From NCBI GenBank assembly GCA_964508365.1, contig CAZDTP010000039.1, positions 1-38,453 of the forward strand: 38,453 bases of DNA. The letters are read 5' to 3'. Each line of letters starts with the position of its first letter. Positions within the stretch are counted from its first letter, which is position 1. Below the pieces are notes generated by a model that saw nothing but the letters and a program-made list of their open reading frames with translations, was not told the DNA's origin and did no database searches. The stretch comes from an uncultured archaeon. GTDB taxonomy: Archaea > Asgardarchaeota > Lokiarchaeia > Sigyniarchaeales > SOKP01. Positions 20,890 to 29,189 of the stretch are shown here, one piece after another. A program made the position numbers and the translations under genes.

Positions 20890-23070
20890 TTATTGATAAG
20901 GAGTTATAATATCAATTATTTTATGAAAATCAATTCCCAACCTTTTTACAATATCAATTGTGGGACAACCATTTTTATTCCAACCTCTTTCTAAGTAAAC
21001 CGCATCTTGGAGCTTTTTATACTGTTCTTCTCGATGTTTTCGGATAATTTTAATTTTTTCTTCAGTAGATTTGCCCTTAATATCGATTTTCAACTCTTTT
21101 AACTGAGTATCATATCTCTCTTCTCGACTCTCGTACTCAAGTGGGGTAACCGGTCCAACGGCTCTATATGGTAAATTAGAATCGTGTTCTCGCAGCCCTT
21201 TGCCCAATCTAATATTAAAAATCCTTTGAAATGTGTACACTCTTTCAGACATCTTTATAAGATCTTCAGATGTTGATTGATGTCCTGTAACTGCGGAATA
21301 GTATTTAACATAGTTTTCAACGTGATCAGGAATTTTTGCTCGAACTAGTTCTCCCGAAATAGGATCTTTGATGGGATAATCTGCTTGACTCGTTGGTTGG
21401 ATATCGTTCCATGGAAGTTTGCATAAACCGCATAAACTAAACCAAGTTCTCCAATATGGGAACCATCTTAGAGCTTTAGCTTTATCCTCAAATGTTGGAA
21501 TCGAATTTCTAATTACATCGTCAAAAATAAGCCAAGCTTCGTCGTGTTGTGGTCCTTTATTTGTTAACCCATATCCTCCTTGTTGAGCTAAAGATTCTTT
21601 AGTTACATACTCAGAAAATTCTAATCCCTTGTGTTCCATACCAATATCTTGCACAAATTGTGCATCTGCTCCATAATTTTCGATAAAATAATGTTTCATG
21701 TATTTAATACCCTTTCCAACAGTAACTCCAAAGCCCTCACCTCTAGCCATTTGATGAATCAACTCAACCGCAGCTTCAGCGTTTCCAAAATTGAGTTCCA
21801 AACCTCCTGTTCTTACTTTATTTAGAATGCCTACCTCATAGCACTCCATTACGAAGGCTATCCCTGTTCCTACTGAAATAGTGTCTAATCCATAAGTATC
21901 ACAATAGAAATTTACTTCTAAAACCCATTTGGGATCCCATACACCCCAATTTGAGCCACAACCCGCTATTGTTTCATATTCTGGACCATCAACGATTAAT
22001 TTTTGTCCCTTAAAAGGACCTGTTCGAACTTCATAGCCCTCTGAATAATGAGAACAACTAACTGTACATCCAATCCAACATCCATCTCCTCCCTCTTTTC
22101 CAGAGTATATACCTCTCATGATCTTTCTATTGTAAGGAATGTCCTTCCCTCGAATTTCTCGATGAGCTCCGAAGCGATAATTCTCTGTTGGTAAGAGATC
22201 TGTAACATTCATAATGTCTGGAAGGTGTCCAGTCCCAACTCTACGCATTTCGTTCTGGATAGGATCGAGTTTAATTATTTCTTGTGTGTGCGCGATCCCA
22301 ATTTTTCTTGCTTCTTCTAAATTAGCGGGATTGTTTGAACTAACCGTAACTTTTGGTGCTCGACAAACTAATGCTTTAATATTTTTATCGGTAAATACGG
22401 TGCCAATTCCCCCTCGTCCAGCTTGTTTACTAGACGCCCATTTTCGGCTAGGAACATACCACGAAAAGTTTAACAACCCCCAATTTGTATGTTTTGCAGC
22501 AGGGCCTGTACTTACTACAGAAATTCGTTGTTTTTCACGATCATCTTGTGCATACACCTCAGTAAGTTGCTGGGTCAATTCATGAGAATAATTAGATAAC
22601 TTTTCTGATTCCTCAACTTCTTTAATTTGAACAACTCCTTCTACGCCATCTATGTATACAATAACTTCTTGTTGAGACTTCCCTTGAATTTCAAGCGCAT
22701 CGAACCCTGAGAATTTTAAATACGGTCCGAAATATCCCCCCACATTTGAATCTATGATAATATCTGTTAGGGGAGAAATCGTTGTAACAATAGATTTTCC
22801 AGATCCGGGATAAAAGATATTCCCTCCTAAAGGTCCTGAAGAAATGCATATTTCGTTTTCAGGATCGTTCCACTTTACAATTTTATCTTGCGGGAGTCCA
22901 TTCCACATAAGCCAAAGATCGAAACCTTTACCTCCGATAAAATTCTCTTTCATTCCGTCGGTAACGGGTTTTATCTGAATCTCATTATTGGTAAGATTAA
23001 TGTAAAGAGTTCTGTTAGTATAACCTTTTTGGACTTCGTGAAGTTCGTATTTCTTTTCTGCTAATATCAA
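20890..23070 (-). CDS. aor: Aldehyde:ferredoxin oxidoreductase (W/Mo-pterin AOR family)
   Basis: FIGGKG, DSNVGG, KFSGFDAL, QAGRGGIG, CWIGCTVSC, GPEYET, DTIS, CGLCK; TTG start with GTGAG upstream. Confidence 0.9.
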   Translation of the reverse strand: MILAEKKYELHEVQKGYTNRTLYINLTNNEIQIKPVTDGMKENFIGGKGFDLWLMWNGLPQDKIVKWNDPENEICISSGPLGGNIFYPGSGKSIVTTISPLTDIIIDSNVGGYFGPYLKFSGFDALEIQGKSQQEVIVYIDGVEGVVQIKEVEESEKLSNYSHELTQQLTEVYAQDDREKQRISVVSTGPAAKHTNWGLLNFSWYVPSRKWASSKQAGRGGIGTVFTDKNIKALVCRAPKVTVSSNNPANLEEARKIGIAHTQEIIKLDPIQNEMRRVGTGHLPDIMNVTDLLPTENYRFGAHREIRGKDIPYNRKIMRGIYSGKEGGDGCWIGCTVSCSHYSEGYEVRTGPFKGQKLIVDGPEYETIAGCGSNWGVWDPKWVLEVNFYCDTYGLDTISVGTGIAFVMECYEVGILNKVRTGGLELNFGNAEAAVELIHQMARGEGFGVTVGKGIKYMKHYFIENYGADAQFVQDIGMEHKGLEFSEYVTKESLAQQGGYGLTNKGPQHDEAWLIFDDVIRNSIPTFEDKAKALRWFPYWRTWFSLCGLCKLPWNDIQPTSQADYPIKDPISGELVRAKIPDHVENYVKYYSAVTGHQSTSEDLIKMSERVYTFQRIFNIRLGKGLREHDSNLPYRAVGPVTPLEYESREERYDTQLKELKIDIKGKSTEEKIKIIRKHREEQYKKLQDAVYLERGWNKNGCPTIDIVKRLGIDFHKIIDIITPYQ

Positions 23071-23619
23071 AGAATCTCACTCTATTAAGTTCTAATTTTT
23101 AAAATAAAAACATAATTTTGAATTATGCTTGATTAAATGAGACTATTGAGTTAAATTTTATTTAAATCAATTTCAAATAAAGATTAAAGAAAAAAAAAAT
23201 AATTTTTTTTAGAATTTTATTTCATGGATTTAGAACGCTTTTTAATAATTAATGCCATGATTGAACCTAAAGTAGCAATAAGTAATAACACATTATATCC
23301 CGGAATACCAGGTGGCTCTGTTGTTGAAGTGTTTTCTATTTCAAAGTATTCGCTATAGGCTAGGATGGATGCATCAGATACATCAATAATTTTTATCTGA
23401 TAGTCGTCAGAACTCAAGAGTCCCGTGGAGACTACCCAGTAATATTCACCATCATTAGCAGTGCTTGAAATAATTTCCATAACGAACACATCATTTCTAT
23501 AGAGTTCAAGTTTAATATTCGAAATACTCCCTTTTGAGGACCAAGATATACTCTGAGAAGTACCACATTCCCACGAAGAGGAAATAGTTGGAGTAATAAT
23601 CGTTAACGATTGATTATCA

Positions 23620-24172
23620 ACGATTACACTAATACAGTTTGATGAAGTATTTCCCATTTGATTATGCGCAACAACGATAAAATAGTAGGTTCCGTTCGAA
23701 TATCCGCTTAATCCTGAGCTCAGATCGGTGATTTCGTCCGCTAAAAGGGTTAAACTACCGTTAATTTCCGTGATAAAACTGGAGTATTGATATACAGAAT
23801 AATTGCTTGCACTTGAAGATGTTGTCCAAGAAAGAGTAAAAAGTCCATCGTAATCGGGATCGCCCGCATTCGAAGATAACATGAAGCTTCCCGGAAGTAA
23901 GCCCACCACAACAGTAATGCAATTTGATAAGGTCGCACCGTAAGTGTTATTTGCAACGACAATGAAATAGTAGGTTCCATCTGAATATCCGTTCAAATAT
24001 GAACTTAGATCGGTGATTTCATCCGCTAGAAGGGTTAAACTGTCGTTGATTTCCGAGATGAAGCTGGAGTATTGATATACAGAGTAATTAGTTGCGCCAG
24101 AAGAAGCAGTCCAATTTAAAGAAAAAATACCATCCAAATCAGGAACATCGGCATCCGTAGACAATGTAAATG
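23620..24172 (-). repeat. Two tandem ~270-nt Fn3-like domain repeats
   Basis: NYSVYQYSSFI(S/T)EIN(D/G)SLTLLADEITDLSS...GYS(D/N)GTYYFIVVA duplicated with high DNA identity. Boundaries approximate. Confidence 0.85.
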
Positions 24173-24180
24173 GATAGGGC

Positions 24181-25184
24181 TCGTTATCAAAGAGATAGAC
24201 CTTGTTATCATGGCCTCCCGCGGCAATATACTGCCCATCGGACGAGATTGCTACCGAATTTACAGTACCTCCTGTAGTGTAGCTCCATAGGGGGGTAGAA
24301 CTGGCTTTATTGAAGAGATATACCTTATTATCCCCGCCTCCCGCGGTAATGTGCTGCCCGTCGGACGAGATTGCCACCGAATGTACATCATCTCCCGTAG
24401 TATAGTTCCATAGGGGGGTAGAACTGGCGTTATCAAAGAGATAGACCTTATCATCCGTGCCTCCCGCAGCAATGTAATGCCCGTCGGACGAGATTGCCAC
24501 CGAACGTACATCATCTCCCGTAGTATAGTTCCATAGGGGTGTCGAGCTGGCGTTATCAAAGAGATAGACCTTGTCATCATAGCTTCCCACGGCAACGTAC
24601 TGCCCGTCGGACGAGATTGCCACCGAATTTATTAGTCCTCCTGCAGTGTAGTTCCATAGTGGTATTCCATAGGAGTAGGCGGAGCTGTCTCTATTAAAAA
24701 GATAGATCTTGTCACCAAAACCTCCCGCGGCAATGTACTGCCCGTCGGAGGAGATTGCCACCGAAATTACTATATCTGCGCCACCTTCCATTTCGTAGCT
24801 CCATAGTGGGGTGGAGCTGGCTTTAGAAAAAAGATAGACCTTGTTGTAAAATCCCGCGACAATGTACTATCCGTCGGAGGAGATTGCCACCGTATATACA
24901 GTAGTTGTTCTAGTGAAGATCCATAGGGGGGTGGAGCTGGTTTTATTGAAGAGATACAGATTGCCATCATTAAAGGGAGTCCCGCTTCCCACGGCAATGT
25001 ACTGCCCATCGGAGGAGATTGCCACCGAACGTACCCAACCTCCCGTTGTGTAGTTCCATAGTGGGGTGGAGCTGTCTTTAGAAAAAAGATATGTCTTGTT
25101 ATCCCAGCCTCCCGCGGCAATGTACTGCCCGTCGGAGGAGATTGCCACCGAATATAGGCCATCTCCCGTAGTGTAGCTCCATAT
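24181..25184 (-). repeat. Eight tandem ~126-nt coding repeats (propeller blades)
   Basis: Consensus LWxYTTGxxVxSVAISSDGQYIAAGGxDxKVYLFxxxSSTP; DNA core GTGGCAATCTCsTCCGAyGGGCAG nearly invariant. Confidence 0.95.
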
Positions 25185-25415
25185 GCTATTAGCACTTCTG
25201 ATATCTCTCTCATTTACCGCTCTTGCTTCATTATGAGATAGGGTTGTCTCTAAAAATATAAAAGGACTTGAAAGAAAAATCGCCAGAATTAATAGTAATG
25301 CAATTCTTACATTGATTTTTTTATTTTTATACATTAATTTTTACCCAAATATAAACATTTTTGTATAGGTTTCCTTAGCTTTGTAGCTAATTCAATAGTT
25401 GAAAAGATAAATATT

Positions 25416-25429
25416 TTTGAGCATATAAA
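25416..25429 (-). promoter_or_regulatory. Candidate TATA-containing promoter element of the propeller gene
   Basis: TTTATATGCTCAAA on the minus strand, about 85 nt upstream of the ATG; the identical 14-mer occurs at 27237-27250. Confidence 0.45.
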
Positions 25430-25504
25430 CTTAGTATAATTTAGGTAAGATATAAGACGGGATACATTCATTAGAAAAGCAGAAAAGAACATGAAGAAAT
25501 TTAT

Positions 25505-25735
25505 ATGAAAAAACTACCTGAAGCTGATAGAAAAGTACTTGTTGATCCTCAAATTCTTTCTATGTTTCTTAAGAACAATGCTGAAACATTTCGCCAAGAT
25601 AGTAAAGGAGCATAACATGAAGGGAAAATATATGCAAGATCTTGGGGTTTTAACCTAAAAGATATATCTCCCAAACTTAAGGTATATATATGGAATGGAG
25701 ACCTTTTTCACCATCTGAAAAAAAATAACTTATGA
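25505..25735 (+). pseudogene. Alpha/beta hydrolase remnant
   Basis: MKKLPEADRKVLVDPQILSMFLKNNAETFRQDSKGA*HEGKIYARSWGFNLKDISPKLKVYIWNGD: internal TAA; WGFxLxDI...VxIWxG resembles the C-terminal half of alpha/beta hydrolases; no N-terminal half present. Confidence 0.6.
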
Positions 25736-25791
25736 AAAAAGAGGTTTTTGATATCTACCCTTTCTGCATAATAAACTTTAAAATATTATTT

Positions 25792-27135
25792 TTATAAAAA
25801 TTTTTCAATAAATGTGTCCAAAGTTTCTTCAATTGTCGGACTTTTGACAGATTCGATATCGTACGAAACTCTAATAATGGGTTTGTTGCTATTAATTAAT
25901 TTTGCAAGGTCTATCGGGCTACCATCAATTATAAATTCACATTCGGCTTTGTTGAGAGAATCTTCCATGTCTTTAATCTGTTGGTCGTTGTACCCCATAG
26001 CAGGAACTATCTGTGTGATCTGTGGAAATTCTTCAAATACTTTCTTCATTATACCTGTGATGTAAGGTTTAGGATTGACAATAATAGCACCACTATTGGT
26101 TGCTGCGACAAATCCTGCTCCATAAGACATACTTCCGTGAGTTAATGTTGGTCCATCTTCAACTACAATCACCTTTTTCCCCTTTAAATCGTGATTTCCT
26201 TCGATAGTTACGACCGAATTGGTATATATTTTAGTCGCGAGAGGATTTAACTCGTTTAGATTAGCTTCAACAATTTTTACATCTTCTGCTTTTGCGTTAT
26301 TCATCTTATTAATTACAAATGCGTCAGCTGATCGAGCGTTCACTTCACCGGGATGATATTTCATCTCGTGTCCGGGTCTCAATGGATCTACTACGATAAA
26401 GAGCAAATCTGGAACATAAAACGAGAGTTCGTTATTTCCACCGTCGAAAATTATAACATCTGCTTCTTTTTCTGCCTGTCTAACGATTTTTTCGTAATCC
26501 ACTCCAGAGTAAATTACCAGCCCCTGCTCAATGTAAGGTTCGTATTCCTCTCGCTCTTCAATTGTACAATTATATTTATCTAAATCTTCGTACTTCTCAA
26601 AACGCATTACATTTTGTTTAATCAAATCACCGTAAGGCATTGGTTCTCTTATTGCAACTACTTTATAGCCCTTTTTCATTAAATATCTGTAAGTTGCTCT
26701 AGACACTTGGCTTTTACCGCATCCAGTTCTCACCGCACATATAGCTACAACGGGTTTATTAGACTTGATTTGAGTAAATTTTCCAGATATTAATTTATAG
26801 TTTGCTCCCGCAGATAACACACGGGAAGCTTTATGCATTACTTCTTCGTGAGAAACATCAGAATACGCAAATACCACTTCATCTATTTGATGATGTTTAA
26901 TAATTTCTTCGAGATGTTCTTCGGGAAGCATTGGGATGCCTTTCGTATATAATTTACCTGCTAATTCCGCCGGATATTTCCTTTGGGTCTCTTCGGTCGT
27001 CCCAACATTCTGTTCTCCCGCGATAGTGAACGCGATAACTTCATATTCTTCATTGTCTCGAAAAACGGTGTTGAATAAGTGAAAATCCATTCCTAAAGCT
27101 CCAATAATAACAACTCTCTTTTTTTGCATAGACAC
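25792..27135 (-). CDS. arcE: COG2403 P-loop protein (cyclic 2,3-diphosphoglycerate synthetase-like); probable arginine synthetase ArcE homolog
   Basis: GALGMDFHLFN..FRDN, YPAELAGKLY..GIP, AVRTGCGKSQ, PMPYGDL, CTIEEREEYEP, DGGNN, PGHE..YHPGEVN, VEDGPTLTHG, PAMGY. Context with OTC and carbamate kinase. Family recognition is strong; the function is inferred. Confidence 0.75.
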   Translation of the reverse strand: MSMQKKRVVIIGALGMDFHLFNTVFRDNEEYEVIAFTIAGEQNVGTTEETQRKYPAELAGKLYTKGIPMLPEEHLEEIIKHHQIDEVVFAYSDVSHEEVMHKASRVLSAGANYKLISGKFTQIKSNKPVVAICAVRTGCGKSQVSRATYRYLMKKGYKVVAIREPMPYGDLIKQNVMRFEKYEDLDKYNCTIEEREEYEPYIEQGLVIYSGVDYEKIVRQAEKEADVIIFDGGNNELSFYVPDLLFIVVDPLRPGHEMKYHPGEVNARSADAFVINKMNNAKAEDVKIVEANLNELNPLATKIYTNSVVTIEGNHDLKGKKVIVVEDGPTLTHGSMSYGAGFVAATNSGAIIVNPKPYITGIMKKVFEEFPQITQIVPAMGYNDQQIKDMEDSLNKAECEFIIDGSPIDLAKLINSNKPIIRVSYDIESVKSPTIEETLDTFIEKFL

Positions 27136-27210
27136 AAACCATTCTAATAGTGTTCTTTATATTATTATAATAATTAATTTGGGATTTGTAATAATTGTTA
27201 TTGATAGTAT

Positions 27211-27250
27211 TATGGGAATGACAGCCCACCACTAAATTTGAGCATATAAA
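27211..27250 (-). promoter_or_regulatory. Candidate arcE promoter: TATA element plus TGGG-N8-CCCA inverted repeat
   Basis: TTTATATG at 27243-27250 (minus strand); TATGGG-aatgacag-CCCACC at 27211-27230, near the expected transcription start. Confidence 0.5.
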
Positions 27251-27560
27251 AAGTAGAAATTATCAAATATAATTTGAAAACAAATAATTTTTGATTTTAA
27301 TTTCTAAAAAATCTGAATATTCTAAATATCATAATAAAATTTTAGAGCTCGTTTACGCTTCATGCTGCGTCAATATTCAAGATTGGTTCATACTTGAAAA
27401 AGTGGATTACCGCTTGCCCTAACAATCAGTTTAACCACTTTATACCATGCTTTTTCTGATATTATGATAATTAATGGGTGTGAACTACTATATAACGATT
27501 ATTAAATTAATTTAGTTTAAATAAAATAATAATTAAAATCAAAAAAAAAAGGGAAAATAT

Positions 27561-28982
27561 TTATTTTTTTGCCTCTTTCTGGGCTCTAACATGTTCTAAA
27601 TACGACTTTTCCTTTTCCATATGAACCTCATGTAGTCGTTCTTTTTTCTTGCTCCATTCTGGGCCACTTAAAGTGAAAAATCTGATAAAGAATGCACTGA
27701 GTAAAATTAAGATTGCTGGTATGAGGGTAAAAGCAATCATGATACCCAATTTTGCGGAATCTGTTTGCACTGCTCCAGGGGCGTTATTAAATCCAAATAC
27801 GGTTATGACGGAAAGTAATATCCAGGGGCCTAATGAATTTGTGGGTTTGGTTAATAAAGCATTCATTCCAGCATAGCTGGTCTCTCTTCGTTTGCCTGTT
27901 AATATCTCATCATTATCTATAATTTCTGCCATGACTAATTGATTTGTTATAAAATAACCAGATATTCCGATCCCGATTAATATCATTGCGATAAAGGAAA
28001 AATAAAGATTCCAAGCTATTGCGAAGCTAACTAAAAATGAAATCCCTGTAAAAATCAGTATCAACATGAAGATTTTTTTCAGTCCGTATTTTATAATTAA
28101 TTTACTATATATAGGGAAGAATAGAAAGACAAATATAAAAAAGACCAGTAGTGGGATCATTGCCATCAAACCGGATAATCCGAGCACAAAATCTACCCAA
28201 TAGAGTACCCCATTTGTTAAAATAAATTGAGCGATTAAAAAGAAGAAATTTGACAGCTCGAATATCAAAAATGGTCGATTTTTAAATGTTTCTATAAAGC
28301 TGGCTTTAAAACCAAGTGGTTCCTCAAGTAGGGTGTATTTATTTTCCTTGATATAGTAACTACTCACAAATAATATGATCGCTCCGACTATCCCTAAAAT
28401 GAACATGGTAAAGAGAAATATCGGCATGTTTGGATCAGTACTAACTGGCTCATTTCCCGTTAGTAATAAAGTAGGGATCATAAAGGACAACAACAAGGCA
28501 AGCGCATTACCAATGGATCCAAATACGTTCAATTTCGAACGTGCGGCGCTCGTGATTGCCATTTCTGCAGGTAATGAATATGAGATTAAACCGACCATCG
28601 TAAACAATGTGTCAAACAAAAATAACATGACTAACATGTTGAAGAATAATGCTAATTGATTGCCGCTGCTAACAAAAGGGATCCAACTAAGGACGAATAA
28701 AGCTGCATAGATTAATCCTCCAAAACGAATATATGGGATTCTCCTTCCATATTTTTTTGACTTCGTGCGATCCTCAATAAAACCAAGTAGAGGATCATTC
28801 AATGTATTCCAAATGATAAATATTAACCACGCTAAACCCGTCCAAAACGCATCTAATCCAAGTTTCACATTATAAAAATAGGTAAAAGATGTAGCGATCA
28901 CTAAATTTGAGAAAATTCCACTTATTAAAGTGATTCCCCCAAAAGAAAGTTTTGAGCTAACAGGTACAAATTCCTCTGTCAT
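27561..28982 (-). CDS. MFS transporter, GPH/MelB (MFS_2) family
   Basis: WNTLNDPLLGFIEDRTKSKKYGRRIPYI, AEIIDNDEILTGKRRETSYAG; about 12 TM segments. Confidence 0.9.
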   Translation of the reverse strand: MTEEFVPVSSKLSFGGITLISGIFSNLVIATSFTYFYNVKLGLDAFWTGLAWLIFIIWNTLNDPLLGFIEDRTKSKKYGRRIPYIRFGGLIYAALFVLSWIPFVSSGNQLALFFNMLVMLFLFDTLFTMVGLISYSLPAEMAITSAARSKLNVFGSIGNALALLLSFMIPTLLLTGNEPVSTDPNMPIFLFTMFILGIVGAIILFVSSYYIKENKYTLLEEPLGFKASFIETFKNRPFLIFELSNFFFLIAQFILTNGVLYWVDFVLGLSGLMAMIPLLVFFIFVFLFFPIYSKLIIKYGLKKIFMLILIFTGISFLVSFAIAWNLYFSFIAMILIGIGISGYFITNQLVMAEIIDNDEILTGKRRETSYAGMNALLTKPTNSLGPWILLSVITVFGFNNAPGAVQTDSAKLGIMIAFTLIPAILILLSAFFIRFFTLSGPEWSKKKERLHEVHMEKEKSYLEHVRAQKEAKK

Positions 28983-29189
28983 GATCTATCAATCAAAATT
29001 TTAATAAAATTTAATTATCAATTAGAGTATTAGTTTCTAATTGATGTAATGTTATAAAAATTTTCTTCATTTCTAATTTTAAAAATAATTAATTATAGTC
29101 AATCGCCATATATCGGTGCGTGATTTGTATTTTAAAACATTATCTGCTTTAGTGTATACATTGATTCAACTTAAAATTAATGATAATCG

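Larger units (their letters stand above)
23217..25334 (-). pseudogene. Cell-surface beta-propeller protein interrupted by one in-frame TAG (signal peptide, 8 WD40/PQQ-like blades, 2 Fn3-like domains, Ser/Thr-rich Ig-like domain, IPGY-TM-basic sorting tail)
   Basis: ORFs 24867-25334 and 23217-24791 are in the same frame (2118 nt = 706 codons). The only stop between them is TAG at 24867-24869, where sister blades have CAG (GAC GGA TAG TAC vs GAC GGG CAG TAC). C-terminus PPGIPGYNVLLLIATLGSIMALIIKKRSKSMK. Confidence 0.85.

Noticed and set aside
24181-25184. Regular ~126-nt repeats as a CRISPR array or DGR target
   Set aside because: The repeats are in-frame coding units much longer than CRISPR repeats and there are no cas genes. 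There is no reverse transcriptase or separate template repeat in the window, and the variation is not confined to adenines.
24260-25213. Alternative-frame repetitive ORFs (24260-24595, 24770-25213, 24862-25053)
   Set aside because: They are shadows of the GC-richer tandem blades; a stop-free alternate frame in one blade is simply propagated by duplication.
25792-27135. Literal annotation as cyclic 2,3-diphosphoglycerate synthetase
   Set aside because: No 2-phosphoglycerate kinase is nearby and the context is OTC, carbamate kinase and ornithine aminotransferase, which favours the ArcE branch; not formally excluded without a tree.
27388-27459. Minus-strand stretch SEKAWYKVVKLIVRASGNPLFQV*, faintly like PaREP1/HEPN helices
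   Set aside because: Too short, with no start codon or second motif; cannot be supported without a profile search.
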